A program made the position numbers and the translations under genes. A stretch of DNA of 64,000 bases. Source: an uncultured Bacteroidota bacterium (GTDB taxonomy: Bacteria; Bacteroidota; Ignavibacteria; UBA10030; UBA6906). Every line of letters starts with the position of its first letter. The stretch's first letter is position 1. The notes under the pieces are model-generated. The model was not told where the DNA came from. It did not search any database and worked only from the letters and a program-made list of their open reading frames with translations. The DNA lies in NCBI GenBank assembly GCA_963700635.1, contig CAVOYH010000003.1:864001-928000 (forward strand). Reading direction: 5' to 3'. Below, one piece after another: positions 27,372 through 40,598 of the stretch.

Positions 27372-29792
27372 ATGAACCGTCGTGCCCGGGTGTTGATCGG
27401 GGTAATGGGCGTTCTCGTCGTGTTGGTCATCGCACTCTTCTTTTTCGCCCGGTATCAACTGACGAAAGCCTTCCCCCGGACCTCGGGATCGCTGGCCCTG
27501 CCGGGGTTGACTGAGGACGTGCGTATCCTGCGCGACGGATACGGTATTCCCCGTATTGTGGCCGCAAACGAGCATGACGCGTTTTTCGCCCTGGGTGTCG
27601 TTCATGCACAGGATCGCCTCTGGCAGATGGATATGCAGCGGCGTGCAGCCGAAGGGCGGCTCTCCGAGCTCTTCGGCACGGCTACACTTCCGTTCGACAG
27701 GATGTTCCGTATTGTCGGTCTGCGGCGAATTGCCCAGCGTATTGAGCGTTCCCTCCCCGATGAGACCCGGCAACGCCTTCAGTGGTACAGTGATGGCGTT
27801 AATGCATGGCGGGAACATAGCCACGGCACGTTTCCGATCGAGTTTGATCTGCTGCGTTACGAACCCGAGCCATGGACCCCCGCACACTCCATCCTGGTCG
27901 CCCGTCTGATCGCATGGGAACTCAACCTGTCATGGTGGACCGATATTACCTATGGAGCGCTGCAAGAAAAGCTGGGCAGTGTCATGGTGAGCGAGATCCT
28001 TCCGACGTATCCGCCGGATGCCCCGCGGATGGTTCCACGTGAGGATGTGAGGAGACATGAGGGTATCGCTTTGGCATATCTGCATACTGCTCAGGCGTAC
28101 CGTGTTTTTATGGGACGCCCGCTCGCCCCCGGAGGAAGTAATGCCTGGGCTCTTCGACCATCCCTCTCCACGACAGGAGGAGCCATTCTTGCCAACGACA
28201 CGCACCTGCACCTGACTGTGCCGTCACAATGGTATGAAGTACAGTACGGCATGCCCGGACTGCTTGTACGCGGCATGTCGGTACCGGGTGTGCCCGGCGT
28301 GGTCACCGGACGTAACGATTCTATTGCGTGGGGTGTCACCAACCTGATGGCCGATGATGCGGACTTTTACATCGAGCGTGTGAATGAAGAAGAAGGCACG
28401 TACCTTTGGGATGGGCGCTGGATCCCGCTGGAGATCATCGAAGAAGACATTAGTGTGCGCGATGACACAACAGTCACCCTGCGCGTGCGGAGTACACAAC
28501 ACGGACCGATTGTGACTGATATTCAAACACCGTTGAGCCGTGCCCGGCCGGGCTTTGTCGCAAGTATGCGCTGGGTTGGGGCCGAAACCGATGACCCGGT
28601 GGGTGCATTCCTGGCCATCAACAAAGCCCGCTCCTGGTCTGAGTTTCTTCAGGGCCTTCGCCTGTTCACCGTCCCCGGTCAGAATTTCGTCTACGCTGAC
28701 ACAAGAGGAAACATCGGATACGCCTGTGCTGCACGCTTGCCGGTTCGGAATGCCGGACAGGGTCTCATCCCGGTGGCAGGGTGGGAAAAACTTTCCGGGT
28801 GGACCGGCTTCGTTCCCTTTGACCGGCTTCCCCGCCTGTTCAACCCACCCTCCGGATATGTCGCGAGTGCCAACAATAAAGTGACTGATGACCGGTATCC
28901 GTACTTCATCAGCGATCTCTGGGAGCCACCATCCCGGATTGTGCGCCTGCATGCTGTGCTTGGACAACCCGGAGCACGGTTCTCGGTACGTGATTGTGAG
29001 CGGTTGCAAAATGACACGTATTCTTCACTTGCCCACGATCTCCAGCCCTTGCTGATCGGAGTCTGCGCGGATAGTGTGATCGGGCGGGAACACGGAGAGC
29101 ACATTCGTGCATATCTGCAGAACTGGAACTACGAATTTGCGCGCGAGGATATCGCAACAAGCATCTACCAGACATTTCTTGTACGGCTCCTCCGTAACAT
29201 CTATCAGGATGAAATGGGGGAAGATCTTTTTCATGATTTTTGCGTGTTGGTGAATGTTCCCACCCGCGTGACGCAACACCTGCTCCAGAAAGGGACGTCC
29301 GTGTGGTTCGATGATGTTCGCACGACTGACATTGAAACGATGGATGATATCCTCCGCCGGAGCGCCCGCGAAGCGATTGAGGAACTGATTGCTCGATTTG
29401 GCACTGACACCCGTACATGGCGGTGGGGAGACCTCCATACGGTGACACTCCAGCATCCCTTCGGACTGAAAAAGCCACTGGACAAGCTGTTCAGCATTGG
29501 CCCGTTTGGCTACCCCGGTGGATCAACAGCCCTCATGAGCGGTGAATACAGCCTCACCGACCCTTTCTTTGTCACGGTTGGTGCATCGTACCGGCAGATC
29601 TTTGATCTTGCGGACAGCTCCGGCTACAGGTCGATCCTGCCATCCGGTCAGTCCGGACAGGTATTCCATCGCCACTATGATGACCAGACATCGTTGTGGC
29701 TCTTCGGGGGATACCGCACGGTGACATCGGATCCGGAACGTGAAGATCTGGAAGAGCTTCTGCTCCGGCCGCGTGGAGGCGCGCAGCCATGA
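27372..29792 (+). CDS. Penicillin acylase family Ntn-hydrolase (peptidase S45), membrane-anchored
   Basis: RDGYGIPRI, AQDRLWQMD, catalytic G|SNAW, LANDTHL, HGPI, SANN and GQSG. Confidence 0.95.
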   Translation: MNRRARVLIGVMGVLVVLVIALFFFARYQLTKAFPRTSGSLALPGLTEDVRILRDGYGIPRIVAANEHDAFFALGVVHAQDRLWQMDMQRRAAEGRLSELFGTATLPFDRMFRIVGLRRIAQRIERSLPDETRQRLQWYSDGVNAWREHSHGTFPIEFDLLRYEPEPWTPAHSILVARLIAWELNLSWWTDITYGALQEKLGSVMVSEILPTYPPDAPRMVPREDVRRHEGIALAYLHTAQAYRVFMGRPLAPGGSNAWALRPSLSTTGGAILANDTHLHLTVPSQWYEVQYGMPGLLVRGMSVPGVPGVVTGRNDSIAWGVTNLMADDADFYIERVNEEEGTYLWDGRWIPLEIIEEDISVRDDTTVTLRVRSTQHGPIVTDIQTPLSRARPGFVASMRWVGAETDDPVGAFLAINKARSWSEFLQGLRLFTVPGQNFVYADTRGNIGYACAARLPVRNAGQGLIPVAGWEKLSGWTGFVPFDRLPRLFNPPSGYVASANNKVTDDRYPYFISDLWEPPSRIVRLHAVLGQPGARFSVRDCERLQNDTYSSLAHDLQPLLIGVCADSVIGREHGEHIRAYLQNWNYEFAREDIATSIYQTFLVRLLRNIYQDEMGEDLFHDFCVLVNVPTRVTQHLLQKGTSVWFDDVRTTDIETMDDILRRSAREAIEELIARFGTDTRTWRWGDLHTVTLQHPFGLKKPLDKLFSIGPFGYPGGSTALMSGEYSLTDPFFVTVGASYRQIFDLADSSGYRSILPSGQSGQVFHRHYDDQTSLWLFGGYRTVTSDPEREDLEELLLRPRGGAQP

Positions 29793-30538
29793 TCCCCGAG
29801 CGGCTTCGTACCAGCCTGAGCCAGGCCGGCAGTGTTGTTGCGTTCACCGGTGCGGGGATCTCCGCTGAAAGTGGTGTGCCGACCTTCCGTAGTGCAGGGG
29901 GCATCTGGAAAAAAATGAAACCGGAAGAGCTGGCCAGCATGAATGGTTTTTTGAAGAATCCGGACCTTGTGTGGGAATGGTATATCCAGCGAAAACGGAT
30001 CATGGCGGACGTGCAGCCGAATCCCGGTCATAGGGCGCTGGCGCTGATGGAACACGTGTTCCCCCGTGTCACGGTCATCACTCAGAATATTGACAATCTG
30101 CATCAGCGGGCAGGCAGTACGATCGTCCATGAACTTCACGGCAACATCGAGCGCAATTATTGTATGGAATGCGGCACACAATATACCAATGCGCAGGTGC
30201 TGGAAGTAACCGGCGTTCCTCGTTGTACAGCATGCGGCGGAATGATTCGCCCCGACGTGGTCTGGTTCGGTGAGATGTTGCCGGAAGAGGAATGGGAATC
30301 CTCGGTGAAAGCCGCCGAATCGTGTGACATCTTTTTGTCTGTCGGGACTTCCTCCGTCGTGTATCCGGCTGCTTCTCTGCCGATGATTGCACAGAACGCC
30401 GGGGCACTTGTCGTGGAGATTAATCCCGAAGCAACACCGTTCACCTCTAAGGCCGGTGAATTTTTGCAGGGTCCGGCCGGCACCCTCCTGCCGGAACTTT
30501 ATGAGATAGCCGTTGCAGTTCGAAAGGAAACACGATGA
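29789..30538 (+). CDS. cobB: NAD-dependent protein deacylase (sirtuin, class III)
   Basis: TGAGISAESGVPTFR, TQNIDNLH, ELHGN, CxxC zinc ribbon and RPDVVWFGE. WEWYIQR matches the Y..R desuccinylase motif. Confidence 0.95.
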   Translation: MIPERLRTSLSQAGSVVAFTGAGISAESGVPTFRSAGGIWKKMKPEELASMNGFLKNPDLVWEWYIQRKRIMADVQPNPGHRALALMEHVFPRVTVITQNIDNLHQRAGSTIVHELHGNIERNYCMECGTQYTNAQVLEVTGVPRCTACGGMIRPDVVWFGEMLPEEEWESSVKAAESCDIFLSVGTSSVVYPAASLPMIAQNAGALVVEINPEATPFTSKAGEFLQGPAGTLLPELYEIAVAVRKETR

Positions 30539-31998
30539 GAATTCTCCCCGGAAAGGCCCGGATTGTCTGCACTCTTGGGCCGGCTTCACGCGAAGCCGAC
30601 ACCCTGACCCGAATGATTGAGGTCGGGATGGACGTGGTACGATTGAATTTCTCACACGGATCGCATGATGAGCATGCGCGTTTGATAGCACGGGCGCGGG
30701 AAACTGCCGCGAAACTCGGTGTGACACTCTGTCTCATCCAGGACCTGCAGGGTCCGAAAATCAGAATTGGTGAGCTGGAGACTCCGACGATTGATGTGCC
30801 CGCCGGCAGCACCCTGCGCATCACCACGGAACTCATGGTCGGCCGGCCCGGGAGAGTTTCCACGACCTTTACGAGGCTTCCCGAAGAGGTCCATCCGGGC
30901 GACACGATTCTGGTGGACGACGGTAAGATCCGCCTGGCTGTCGTCCGGATCGACCGACAGGACGTGGTGTGTGAAGTGGTGGCAGGAGGAAAATTGAGTC
31001 CGCGCAAAGGGATTAATTTACCCGGTGTTGCACTGAGTATTCCCGCCTTTACGCCGAAGGATTTGGACGACCTTGCCTTCGGGCTTGCAAACGGGGTTGA
31101 CTATACCGCTCTGTCCTTTGTGCGCAGCGCAGATGACATCCGGGCCCTGCGTGCTGCCATGCATCAGATCACCGGAGGGGCTGAGCAACATCCGATTATC
31201 GCAAAGATTGAAAAACCCCAGGCTCTGCGTAATATTCTCTCGATCATAGAAGAAGCGGACGCGGTGATGGTCGCGCGGGGTGATCTTGGCGTCGAAGTGC
31301 CGCCTGAAGAGGTCCCTTTGCATCAGAAGAATATCATTGCGAAATGTAACACGGCCGGGAAACCGGTCATTGTGGCAACGCAGATGTTTGAATCGATGAT
31401 TACCAACCCCACGCCCACGCGTGCTGAAGCCAATGACGTGGCCAATGCGGTACTGGACGGAGCCGATGCCGTGATGCTGAGCGGAGAGACTTCCGTAGGA
31501 GCATACCCGGTTGAAGCTGTCGCCATGATGACCCGTATCATCAATAATGTCGAAACGCATGCCGCGAAGACACGCATCGATGATCAATGGAGCACTGAGG
31601 GCGAACGATCACATCAGGAGGCGCTCGGCCGTGCAGCGTGTGTCCTTGCTGAACAGATACAGGCGGCGGCGATCGTGGCAGTGACGCAGAGCGGGGCAAC
31701 TGTCCGGACAGTGGCACACTACCGTCCGCGAACGCCCCTTGTGGCGGTCACCACGTCCGCTTCAACGCTGCGGCGACTGAACCTTGTCTGGGGAGTGCGC
31801 GGGATGATGGTGGAGGGGACACACCAGGATTCCGACCGGACGCTCCGGGCGGTAGAACGATCCCTGGCTGAGGAAGGGGTGCTGCGGAATGGTGACGCCT
31901 ATGTCCTGATCGCGGGGCTTCCACTGTTTGGCGGAGGAGGGACAAATTTCGTGAAGGTGGAAACAATCGTTCACGATGGTGATGGCGGAGGAACCTAA
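30535..31998 (+). CDS. pyk: Pyruvate kinase
   Basis: IVCTLGPAS, RLNFSHG, DLQGPKIR, IAKIE, MVARGDLGVE and MLSGET. Confidence 0.98.
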   Translation: MRILPGKARIVCTLGPASREADTLTRMIEVGMDVVRLNFSHGSHDEHARLIARARETAAKLGVTLCLIQDLQGPKIRIGELETPTIDVPAGSTLRITTELMVGRPGRVSTTFTRLPEEVHPGDTILVDDGKIRLAVVRIDRQDVVCEVVAGGKLSPRKGINLPGVALSIPAFTPKDLDDLAFGLANGVDYTALSFVRSADDIRALRAAMHQITGGAEQHPIIAKIEKPQALRNILSIIEEADAVMVARGDLGVEVPPEEVPLHQKNIIAKCNTAGKPVIVATQMFESMITNPTPTRAEANDVANAVLDGADAVMLSGETSVGAYPVEAVAMMTRIINNVETHAAKTRIDDQWSTEGERSHQEALGRAACVLAEQIQAAAIVAVTQSGATVRTVAHYRPRTPLVAVTTSASTLRRLNLVWGVRGMMVEGTHQDSDRTLRAVERSLAEEGVLRNGDAYVLIAGLPLFGGGGTNFVKVETIVHDGDGGGT

Positions 31999-32324
31999 GA
32001 GGACTGTTTCCGTCCCGGACTCTTGAAATCAAACAATCTGTCCAACATCGAAATTTTCAGCAGACTCAACACCTTCTGATTAGCCTTGAACAGGCATACT
32101 CTCCCGCCGTGTTCTTTCATCTTCCGTTCCGCAATCAACAACGCGCTCAGCCCGCTGCTGTCGCAAAACTCCACCTCATGAAGATCAATCACCAGAGTTT
32201 CCACTTTCGGCTTGCAGAGAATGAGAAACTCGCCCTTGAGCTCAGAGGCGATGGTGGAATCAAGTTTTTTCTCCTTCAGCGTCAGTGTCACCGACGCCCC
32301 GTCTTTCTGTACGTCGAATTTCAT
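31995..32324 (-). CDS. STAS-domain anti-sigma factor antagonist
   Basis: IDLHEVEFCDSSGLSALL with the phosphorylatable Ser. GGAGG RBS before ATG 32324. Confidence 0.92.
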   Translation of the reverse strand: MKFDVQKDGASVTLTLKEKKLDSTIASELKGEFLILCKPKVETLVIDLHEVEFCDSSGLSALLIAERKMKEHGGRVCLFKANQKVLSLLKISMLDRLFDFKSPGRKQSS

Positions 32325-32370
32325 GCGACCTTCCTCCATTCACACGCTGTCCGGTGTGATACCGTTGTGC

Positions 32371-32904
32371 TTAGAACATTTTCAGACACGCTGCAAGCCG
32401 ATCGTACACCGCCGTGGTGCTTGACCCGTCAACCTGAATCTGCAGGTTATAAAAAAGATCACCCCCCGGGCGCGCAAAGCCAACGCGGATGCGCGCGTTG
32501 CTGGCTTTACAAATATAGCCCGAGGGGAGAAGGAAGTCAAGGTTCAGGTCAATCGCAACGTCATGCCGCCGTTCCTTTACGCGTTGCAGGACATCACCGG
32601 GCGGATGAAAAAGTCGTGTGACCTGCTCACTGTGCATCCGGATAATCTCGCTACGTGGAAGCGTGGCAGCAATACTCGTGTCCTGTGCGTCGGTGATAAC
32701 CGTGAGCTTTTCCTCTCCGTAGCGTGTGCGGAACAACTGCAGAATCGGTCCGGTCGGATGCGGTGACGGCGTCAGCGGAAGAATAAGGAGAACACGATTT
32801 CCGCTCGACAGGGACCCGGTAAAGCTCGTGACGCTATCGGGTTGTTTTCGGAACTGCAGGCGGGCAAGACTGTACCCGAGAGAACGTCGGAATGATTCCA
32901 GCAT
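32371..32904 (-). CDS. Hypothetical protein resembling the GT9 N-terminal domain (DUF6913-like)
   Basis: 'DVAIDLN......Y....SNARIRVGF......YNLQI' pattern, next to ligA. Confidence 0.55.
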   Translation of the reverse strand: MLESFRRSLGYSLARLQFRKQPDSVTSFTGSLSSGNRVLLILPLTPSPHPTGPILQLFRTRYGEEKLTVITDAQDTSIAATLPRSEIIRMHSEQVTRLFHPPGDVLQRVKERRHDVAIDLNLDFLLPSGYICKASNARIRVGFARPGGDLFYNLQIQVDGSSTTAVYDRLAACLKMF

Positions 32905-32910
32905 ATGCTT

Positions 32911-35725
<2,815 letters not shown>

Positions 35726-35729
<4 letters not shown>

Positions 35730-37975
35730 GGTGCCGATGCCGGTTCTTCGTGAAACGTTCGTTGGTCAAGAACCTTGCGCACCTTCAGCGCAAGGGTATC
35801 CAGTTGAAAGGGTTTTTGGACGAACCCATTGACCTCGCTGGAAAATCGTGGTGTTTCGATTACGCCCTTACCGTACCCGGAGACGATAAGAACGCGGACA
35901 TGCGGGTTGATACCCCGCAGCAGTTCAAAGGCCTCGATGCCGGACATGACCGGCATATTGATGTCAAGCAGGATGAGATCAATCGAAGCCTGGCGCGTGC
36001 GATAGAAATCCAGGCCTTCCCGTCCGTTATGAGCGACATACACGGTGTAGCCGAGGCTCCTGAGCAAATCCCTCGCAATTTCGCAGACAGACGGTTCGTC
36101 GTCAATGACCAGGATGTGTTCTGTACCATGCGGCAAGCGGGGGCGTCGTTTCCGCACTTCCGGATGAAGCCCTGCGGTGTGCGGGAAGTAGAGAGAAAAG
36201 CTTGTTCCCTTTCCTTCAGTCGTTTTCAGATCGATGAAGCCTTTGTGATTCTGTACCACGCCATACACCACCGATAGACCAAGACCGGTGCCGTTGTCTT
36301 TGGTGGTGAAAAAAGGTTCAAAAATCCTGTCCTGTATCGATGGGGGCATGCCGCGCCCGGTATCCGTTACACGAATTTCCACAAACGGCCCGGGGCGGAC
36401 GGATGAGAATCTGTTGGTCGTGGTGGCATCAGCGACGATGATGCTGGTGGAGATGGTCAGGGTGCCACCATCGGGCATTGCGTCGCGTCCGTTCAGAAAA
36501 AGATTCAACAACGCCTGCTGAATTTGCCCGTCATCCCCGTTTACCGTCAGCCGCTCATCGGCCAGATTCGTCTTCACCGCAATGTCCTTGGACACACTGC
36601 GCTGATAAAGGTCGAGGGTCTCCTGGATCAGCGAGTTGATATCGACCGGTGATGCGATGGTTTCCGTCTTCCGTGCAAAGGTGAGAAGTTGCCGTGTAAG
36701 AGAGGAGCCCCTTCGCGCGGACGATTCAATAATCTCAACATACTTGGCCAGCTTATTCCGTTCGCTGATGTGGCGGCGCATGATGGACGCAGAACCAAGA
36801 ATCGCGGCAAGAATATTGTTGAAGTCGTGAGCGATGCCCCCGGCCAGATTTCCTATGCTGTCAATCTTCTGCGCGTGCAGGAGTGCGTCCTCCATCCGCT
36901 TACGTTCCGAAATATCGCGGGCGACAAGACGGGCGGTGATGGTGTGTCCGGTGTCATCAAACACGAGGGAGGCATTCAGATGGACAAAAAATTGCCGTCC
37001 TGCAGACGTGACCATCTGCTCCTCAACGTCCTTGAGTCCCCGCCCCTCCTCAAACATTCTTTCCAGCATCGCCTGTATCGCCTCCCCACGCTCTGGCGGA
37101 CACAGTGCGGTGAACGGTTGTCCGATGATCTGCGGGGGGGTGGAGTCCAGAATCGTCGCGCCGTGTCTGTTACAGCCGATGATGACATGCTGGCGGTTCA
37201 CGCTCAGGTAGATATCCGGGGCGTTTTCAAACAGATCGGCATACTGTTGTTCCGACTTCCGGAGACGGTCGAAGAGTCGGGCATTGTGAACGGCGACACT
37301 GATATGATTCGCAAACGCTTCAACAAGTTCAGCTTGTTTTGGCGTCAGCATATTGTGGGAGGGTCCCGCAATCACCAGGACCCCTGCAATCGTGTCCTTT
37401 GTGCGCAGCGGCATGGAAGCCCAGAATTGTATGCCGCGCTGCTTCAGCGGCTCGGGAATCTTTCCCTGACGTTTGTTCCGCGGTTCCCGTTCCGCCCGCG
37501 GCTGGTTCAGCCATAGATGGGGTGATACGGGTGCCGGACTAATTTCGGCCAGGATATCAAGATCGCTCCCGGCAGCACAGGTCAGCGACAGCGAATCCCC
37601 TTCCTCAAGATAGATCCAACCGTACGGGGTGTTCAGCAATTCTGAGATTTTGGCGAGGGCTGTGTGCAGCACATAGTCCCGGTCTGCGACGCGATTGATC
37701 GCCTCGGCCACGGCGTTGAGAGCAATCATCTGACGCCGCTGTTCGTCGATACGCCGGCTGTTGAGAAGAGAAAAATAGACACTGGTGAACCCGAAAATCC
37801 CGACCGTTACGATACTGACAAAATCCATAAACCGGGGGATCTGATCCGTTGCGGCCATGACGCTGATGATCGTTGCCATCGTCACCACGACGGCCGTGGA
37901 AGCAACCACCTGCGCCTGCTCGACGGGTCCGAGACCGCGAAGGAACATACGGAATGCTTTGACCGGGTTGACCAT
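35726..37975 (-). CDS. Hybrid sensor histidine kinase (2TM-GAF-PAS-HisKA-HATPase-REC, CckA-like)
   Basis: LAGGIAHDFNNIL, NGRDAM, DTGRG, FEPFFTTK, GTGLGL and receiver IDDE..LDINMP..QKPF. ATG 37975 is supported by the promoter position. Confidence 0.93.
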
Positions 37976-37981
37976 ACAGAA

Positions 37982-38010
37982 AATGTACGAAACCGGACGT
38001 TGAGTTACAA
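37982..38010 (-). promoter_or_regulatory. sigma70-type promoter of the kinase-rodZ-ligA operon (leaderless)
   Basis: TTGTAA-N17-TACATT, 6 nt before ATG 37975. Confidence 0.65.
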
Positions 38011-38049
38011 AAGAGCGATCAAAAAATGGAGAAGGAATGGGATGGAGGA

Positions 38050-38093
38050 AAGAAGAAAAAGACAATCCCGCCGGGAGAACTGACGGGACTGCC
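38050..38093 (-). terminator. Intrinsic terminator after the HU gene
   Basis: Minus strand GCAGTCCCGTC...GGCGGGATTGT stem with G-U pairs, followed by CTTTTTCTTCTTT. Confidence 0.65.
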
Positions 38094-38126
38094 TTTTACA
38101 TTTGTACAACCTGAGGGATTTCGGCC

Positions 38127-38414
38127 CTATTTCTTCGCGAGCACCGCTTCCTTACAGGCTTTGGCCACGCGGAACTTCACGACGGTCTTGGCCGGAATCG
38201 TGATCGTCTCGCCGGTTTTGGGATTGCGTCCCAGGCGTTCCTTCCGGTTCACAAGCACCAGCTTGCCGATCCCGGGCAGCGTGAACGTGTTCCTGGCTTC
38301 CTTGTACGCCAGCTTCGCGAGTTCTTCAAACACTGCGACCACGTCCTTCTTCTTCATATCAAACTTGGTGGCAAAGTGGGCGATGATCGCCGTTTTCGAC
38401 ATTGCCTTAGCCAT
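38127..38414 (-). CDS. HU/IHF-family DNA-binding protein
   Basis: FTLPGIGKL...RKERLGRNPKTGETITIPAKTVVKF. GGAGG RBS. Confidence 0.96.
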   Translation of the reverse strand: MAKAMSKTAIIAHFATKFDMKKKDVVAVFEELAKLAYKEARNTFTLPGIGKLVLVNRKERLGRNPKTGETITIPAKTVVKFRVAKACKEAVLAKK

Positions 38415-38459
38415 TGATCCTCCATGATGTTGTTGTTGATACCTACAGGTATGGGGATG

Positions 38460-38487
38460 AAGATAGCATATTTCCGCCCAAATTCAA
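38460..38487 (-). promoter_or_regulatory. sigma70-type promoter of HU
   Basis: TTGAAT-N16-TATCTT with a TGn extended -10. Confidence 0.55.
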
Positions 38488-38513
38488 ACAGGAAAATGAA
38501 GATGGTACATGTC

Positions 38514-40517
38514 TTACCACTCCTCCCTCTCCAGAGGGCGGGAGTCGCCCGAGAGTGTTATGAGCTCCACCGGACACCGGGGAAGCGCCTCAAGCAACAC
38601 TTTTCCGTATCTGCGACGCACAACCCTCGTGTCGAGTATGCTTACAATACCCTTGTCGGAGGTCGTGCGGATAAGCCGGCCAGCTCCCTGCCGGAGTTTA
38701 AGCGCAGCTTCAGGCAGAGAATACTCAAAAAATGGGTTTCCTCCCCGGTTTTCAATGTCTTCAAGCCTTGCCTCCACCAGTGGATGCGTTGGAACCGCGA
38801 AGGGGAGGCGAGTTATGATTACATGCTCCAGTGCCTCCCCCGGCACGTCGATTCCCATCCAGAAGCTGTCGAGGCCGAACAACACGGAATGTATGTCTCT
38901 CCTGAACGCCTCGAGCAGCGCATGGCGCGAGAGATCTTTTCCCTGCACCAACAACTGAATTCCCGTTGCGGCGAGCTCTTCTTTAACTGCTTCTGCCGTG
39001 GCCCGCATGACGACGGTGCTGGTGAAGAGCACCAGCGCTTTTCCATGAGTGCGCCGGATACAGGAAAGCACCGCCGCAGGGAGCACCTCAATGTAACCGG
39101 GCGTCTCCGGCTCGGGGACATCCTCGGTGATCCAGACCCGCATCTGCCGGATGTAGTCAAAAGGAGAATCCACAGCGAGAGTATCCGCAGACTGTGCGCC
39201 CAGCCGTTCTTGTATGTACGTCATCGTGCCGCCGACTGAAAGCGTGGCACTTGTCAGGATAACCGGACCGTGTCCGCCAAAAAGTTTTGGACCGAGTGAA
39301 CGCCCGACATCAAAGGGCGCCATACAGAGGGTGACATTCTCATGCGGCCCCTGCTGTGATTCAATCCAATACGCATGATCGGTGCTCTCCAGCGTCAGAA
39401 ATTCTTCCAGGGTCCGGAGATCGACGGTGAGGGCGGCGCGCATGGCAGTCACCTCCCTGGCCAGGGCCTCATCCTCCATGCTCGCCTCCGCAGCCTGGAC
39501 TGTTGCGAGTAAATCCTGAAGCGGCAGGGAGAGCGTGTCCACGACGAAGGACCGGTGTTTCACCCGCACCTGGCGGGTATCGCGTGCTTGTGGAGACCGT
39601 TGAGTGGTTTGAACCGGCATCACGCGTACCAGCGTATCGAAGAACAAGTCCACGAGTTCTTCCATGCCTTTGAATGCGTTTTTGACCGGCCGTTTTTCGT
39701 GCGCAAGGAGGCCGCGCCTGGTGCGGGGATGATAGAGGCGGCGTAGCGTTGCAAGAAGGCCGCGCCGGGAGAGGCGCCGGCTTAATCCCTCCGATGCAAT
39801 GGCTTCCAGGGTGTGCGCCTCGTCGAAGATGACAAAGTCGTTGCTGAAGAGAAACTGGTCTTCCGTCTGAAGAAAGGGAAGAAGCGAGAAGAAGAGGGAG
39901 TGGTTGACGACGAGGAGTCGGGCACGTCGGGCCTGTTCCTTTGCTCGTTGGAAGAAACAGTCGCTCCCGCATGTCTTGGTGGTGCAGATACCGGGTTCGG
40001 AACAGACCGCGTTCCACACTCCTGCGGACGGGGCAAACGGGAGTCCATGCACATCGCCGTCAGCCGTTGTCGTTGCCCATGCAGCAATATCTCGAAGTTC
40101 ACCCGACTCTGATTCCGGGAAAAGTCCTCCGAGAGACTGCAGTGCGGTGTGTAATCGGCTGATGCAGAGATAGTTACGCCGTCCCTTCAGCGTTACTGCG
40201 CCGAAATCGAGCTGAAGGATCGAACGGCAGAGGGGAATATCGTTATGGAGCAGCTGCTCCTGAAGGTTCTTTGTGTGGGTTGAGACGATGGCTTTACGGT
40301 TGTGCCTGACGGCATAGAGAACTGAAGGGAGGAGATAGGCGAGTGTCTTTCCAACACCGGTGGGCGCCTCCACAATAAGATGGCGTTCTTCCTCGAGAGC
40401 GCGGCATATCGCCTGTGCCATCGTGTGCTGTTGCGGCCGGTGCGAGAATCCCGGCTGCTGATCCATGGCACCGCCCGGACAAAAAACCCGGTCGATGCTT
40501 TGTACGAGTGTGTCCAT
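38514..40517 (-). CDS. DinG/YoaA-family Fe-S DNA helicase
   Basis: EAPTGVGKT, LKGRRNYLC plus a C..C..C..C cluster, DEAH, TSATL, SFWMGIDVPG and RQGAGRLIR. Start ATG 40517 preferred. Confidence 0.95.
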   Translation of the reverse strand: MDTLVQSIDRVFCPGGAMDQQPGFSHRPQQHTMAQAICRALEEERHLIVEAPTGVGKTLAYLLPSVLYAVRHNRKAIVSTHTKNLQEQLLHNDIPLCRSILQLDFGAVTLKGRRNYLCISRLHTALQSLGGLFPESESGELRDIAAWATTTADGDVHGLPFAPSAGVWNAVCSEPGICTTKTCGSDCFFQRAKEQARRARLLVVNHSLFFSLLPFLQTEDQFLFSNDFVIFDEAHTLEAIASEGLSRRLSRRGLLATLRRLYHPRTRRGLLAHEKRPVKNAFKGMEELVDLFFDTLVRVMPVQTTQRSPQARDTRQVRVKHRSFVVDTLSLPLQDLLATVQAAEASMEDEALAREVTAMRAALTVDLRTLEEFLTLESTDHAYWIESQQGPHENVTLCMAPFDVGRSLGPKLFGGHGPVILTSATLSVGGTMTYIQERLGAQSADTLAVDSPFDYIRQMRVWITEDVPEPETPGYIEVLPAAVLSCIRRTHGKALVLFTSTVVMRATAEAVKEELAATGIQLLVQGKDLSRHALLEAFRRDIHSVLFGLDSFWMGIDVPGEALEHVIITRLPFAVPTHPLVEARLEDIENRGGNPFFEYSLPEAALKLRQGAGRLIRTTSDKGIVSILDTRVVRRRYGKVLLEALPRCPVELITLSGDSRPLEREEW

Positions 40518-40526
40518 ATTCTTTAC

Positions 40527-40555
40527 AAAGTACCGAAAAGCCTGCACGGTTGCCA
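40527..40555 (-). promoter_or_regulatory. sigma70-type promoter of the DinG helicase
   Basis: TGGCAA-N17-TACTTT, 9 nt before ATG 40517. Confidence 0.5.
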
Positions 40556-40598
40556 GCGCACTGTCTTTTTTGGCCAATTTGCAGTATCATCGAAACAT

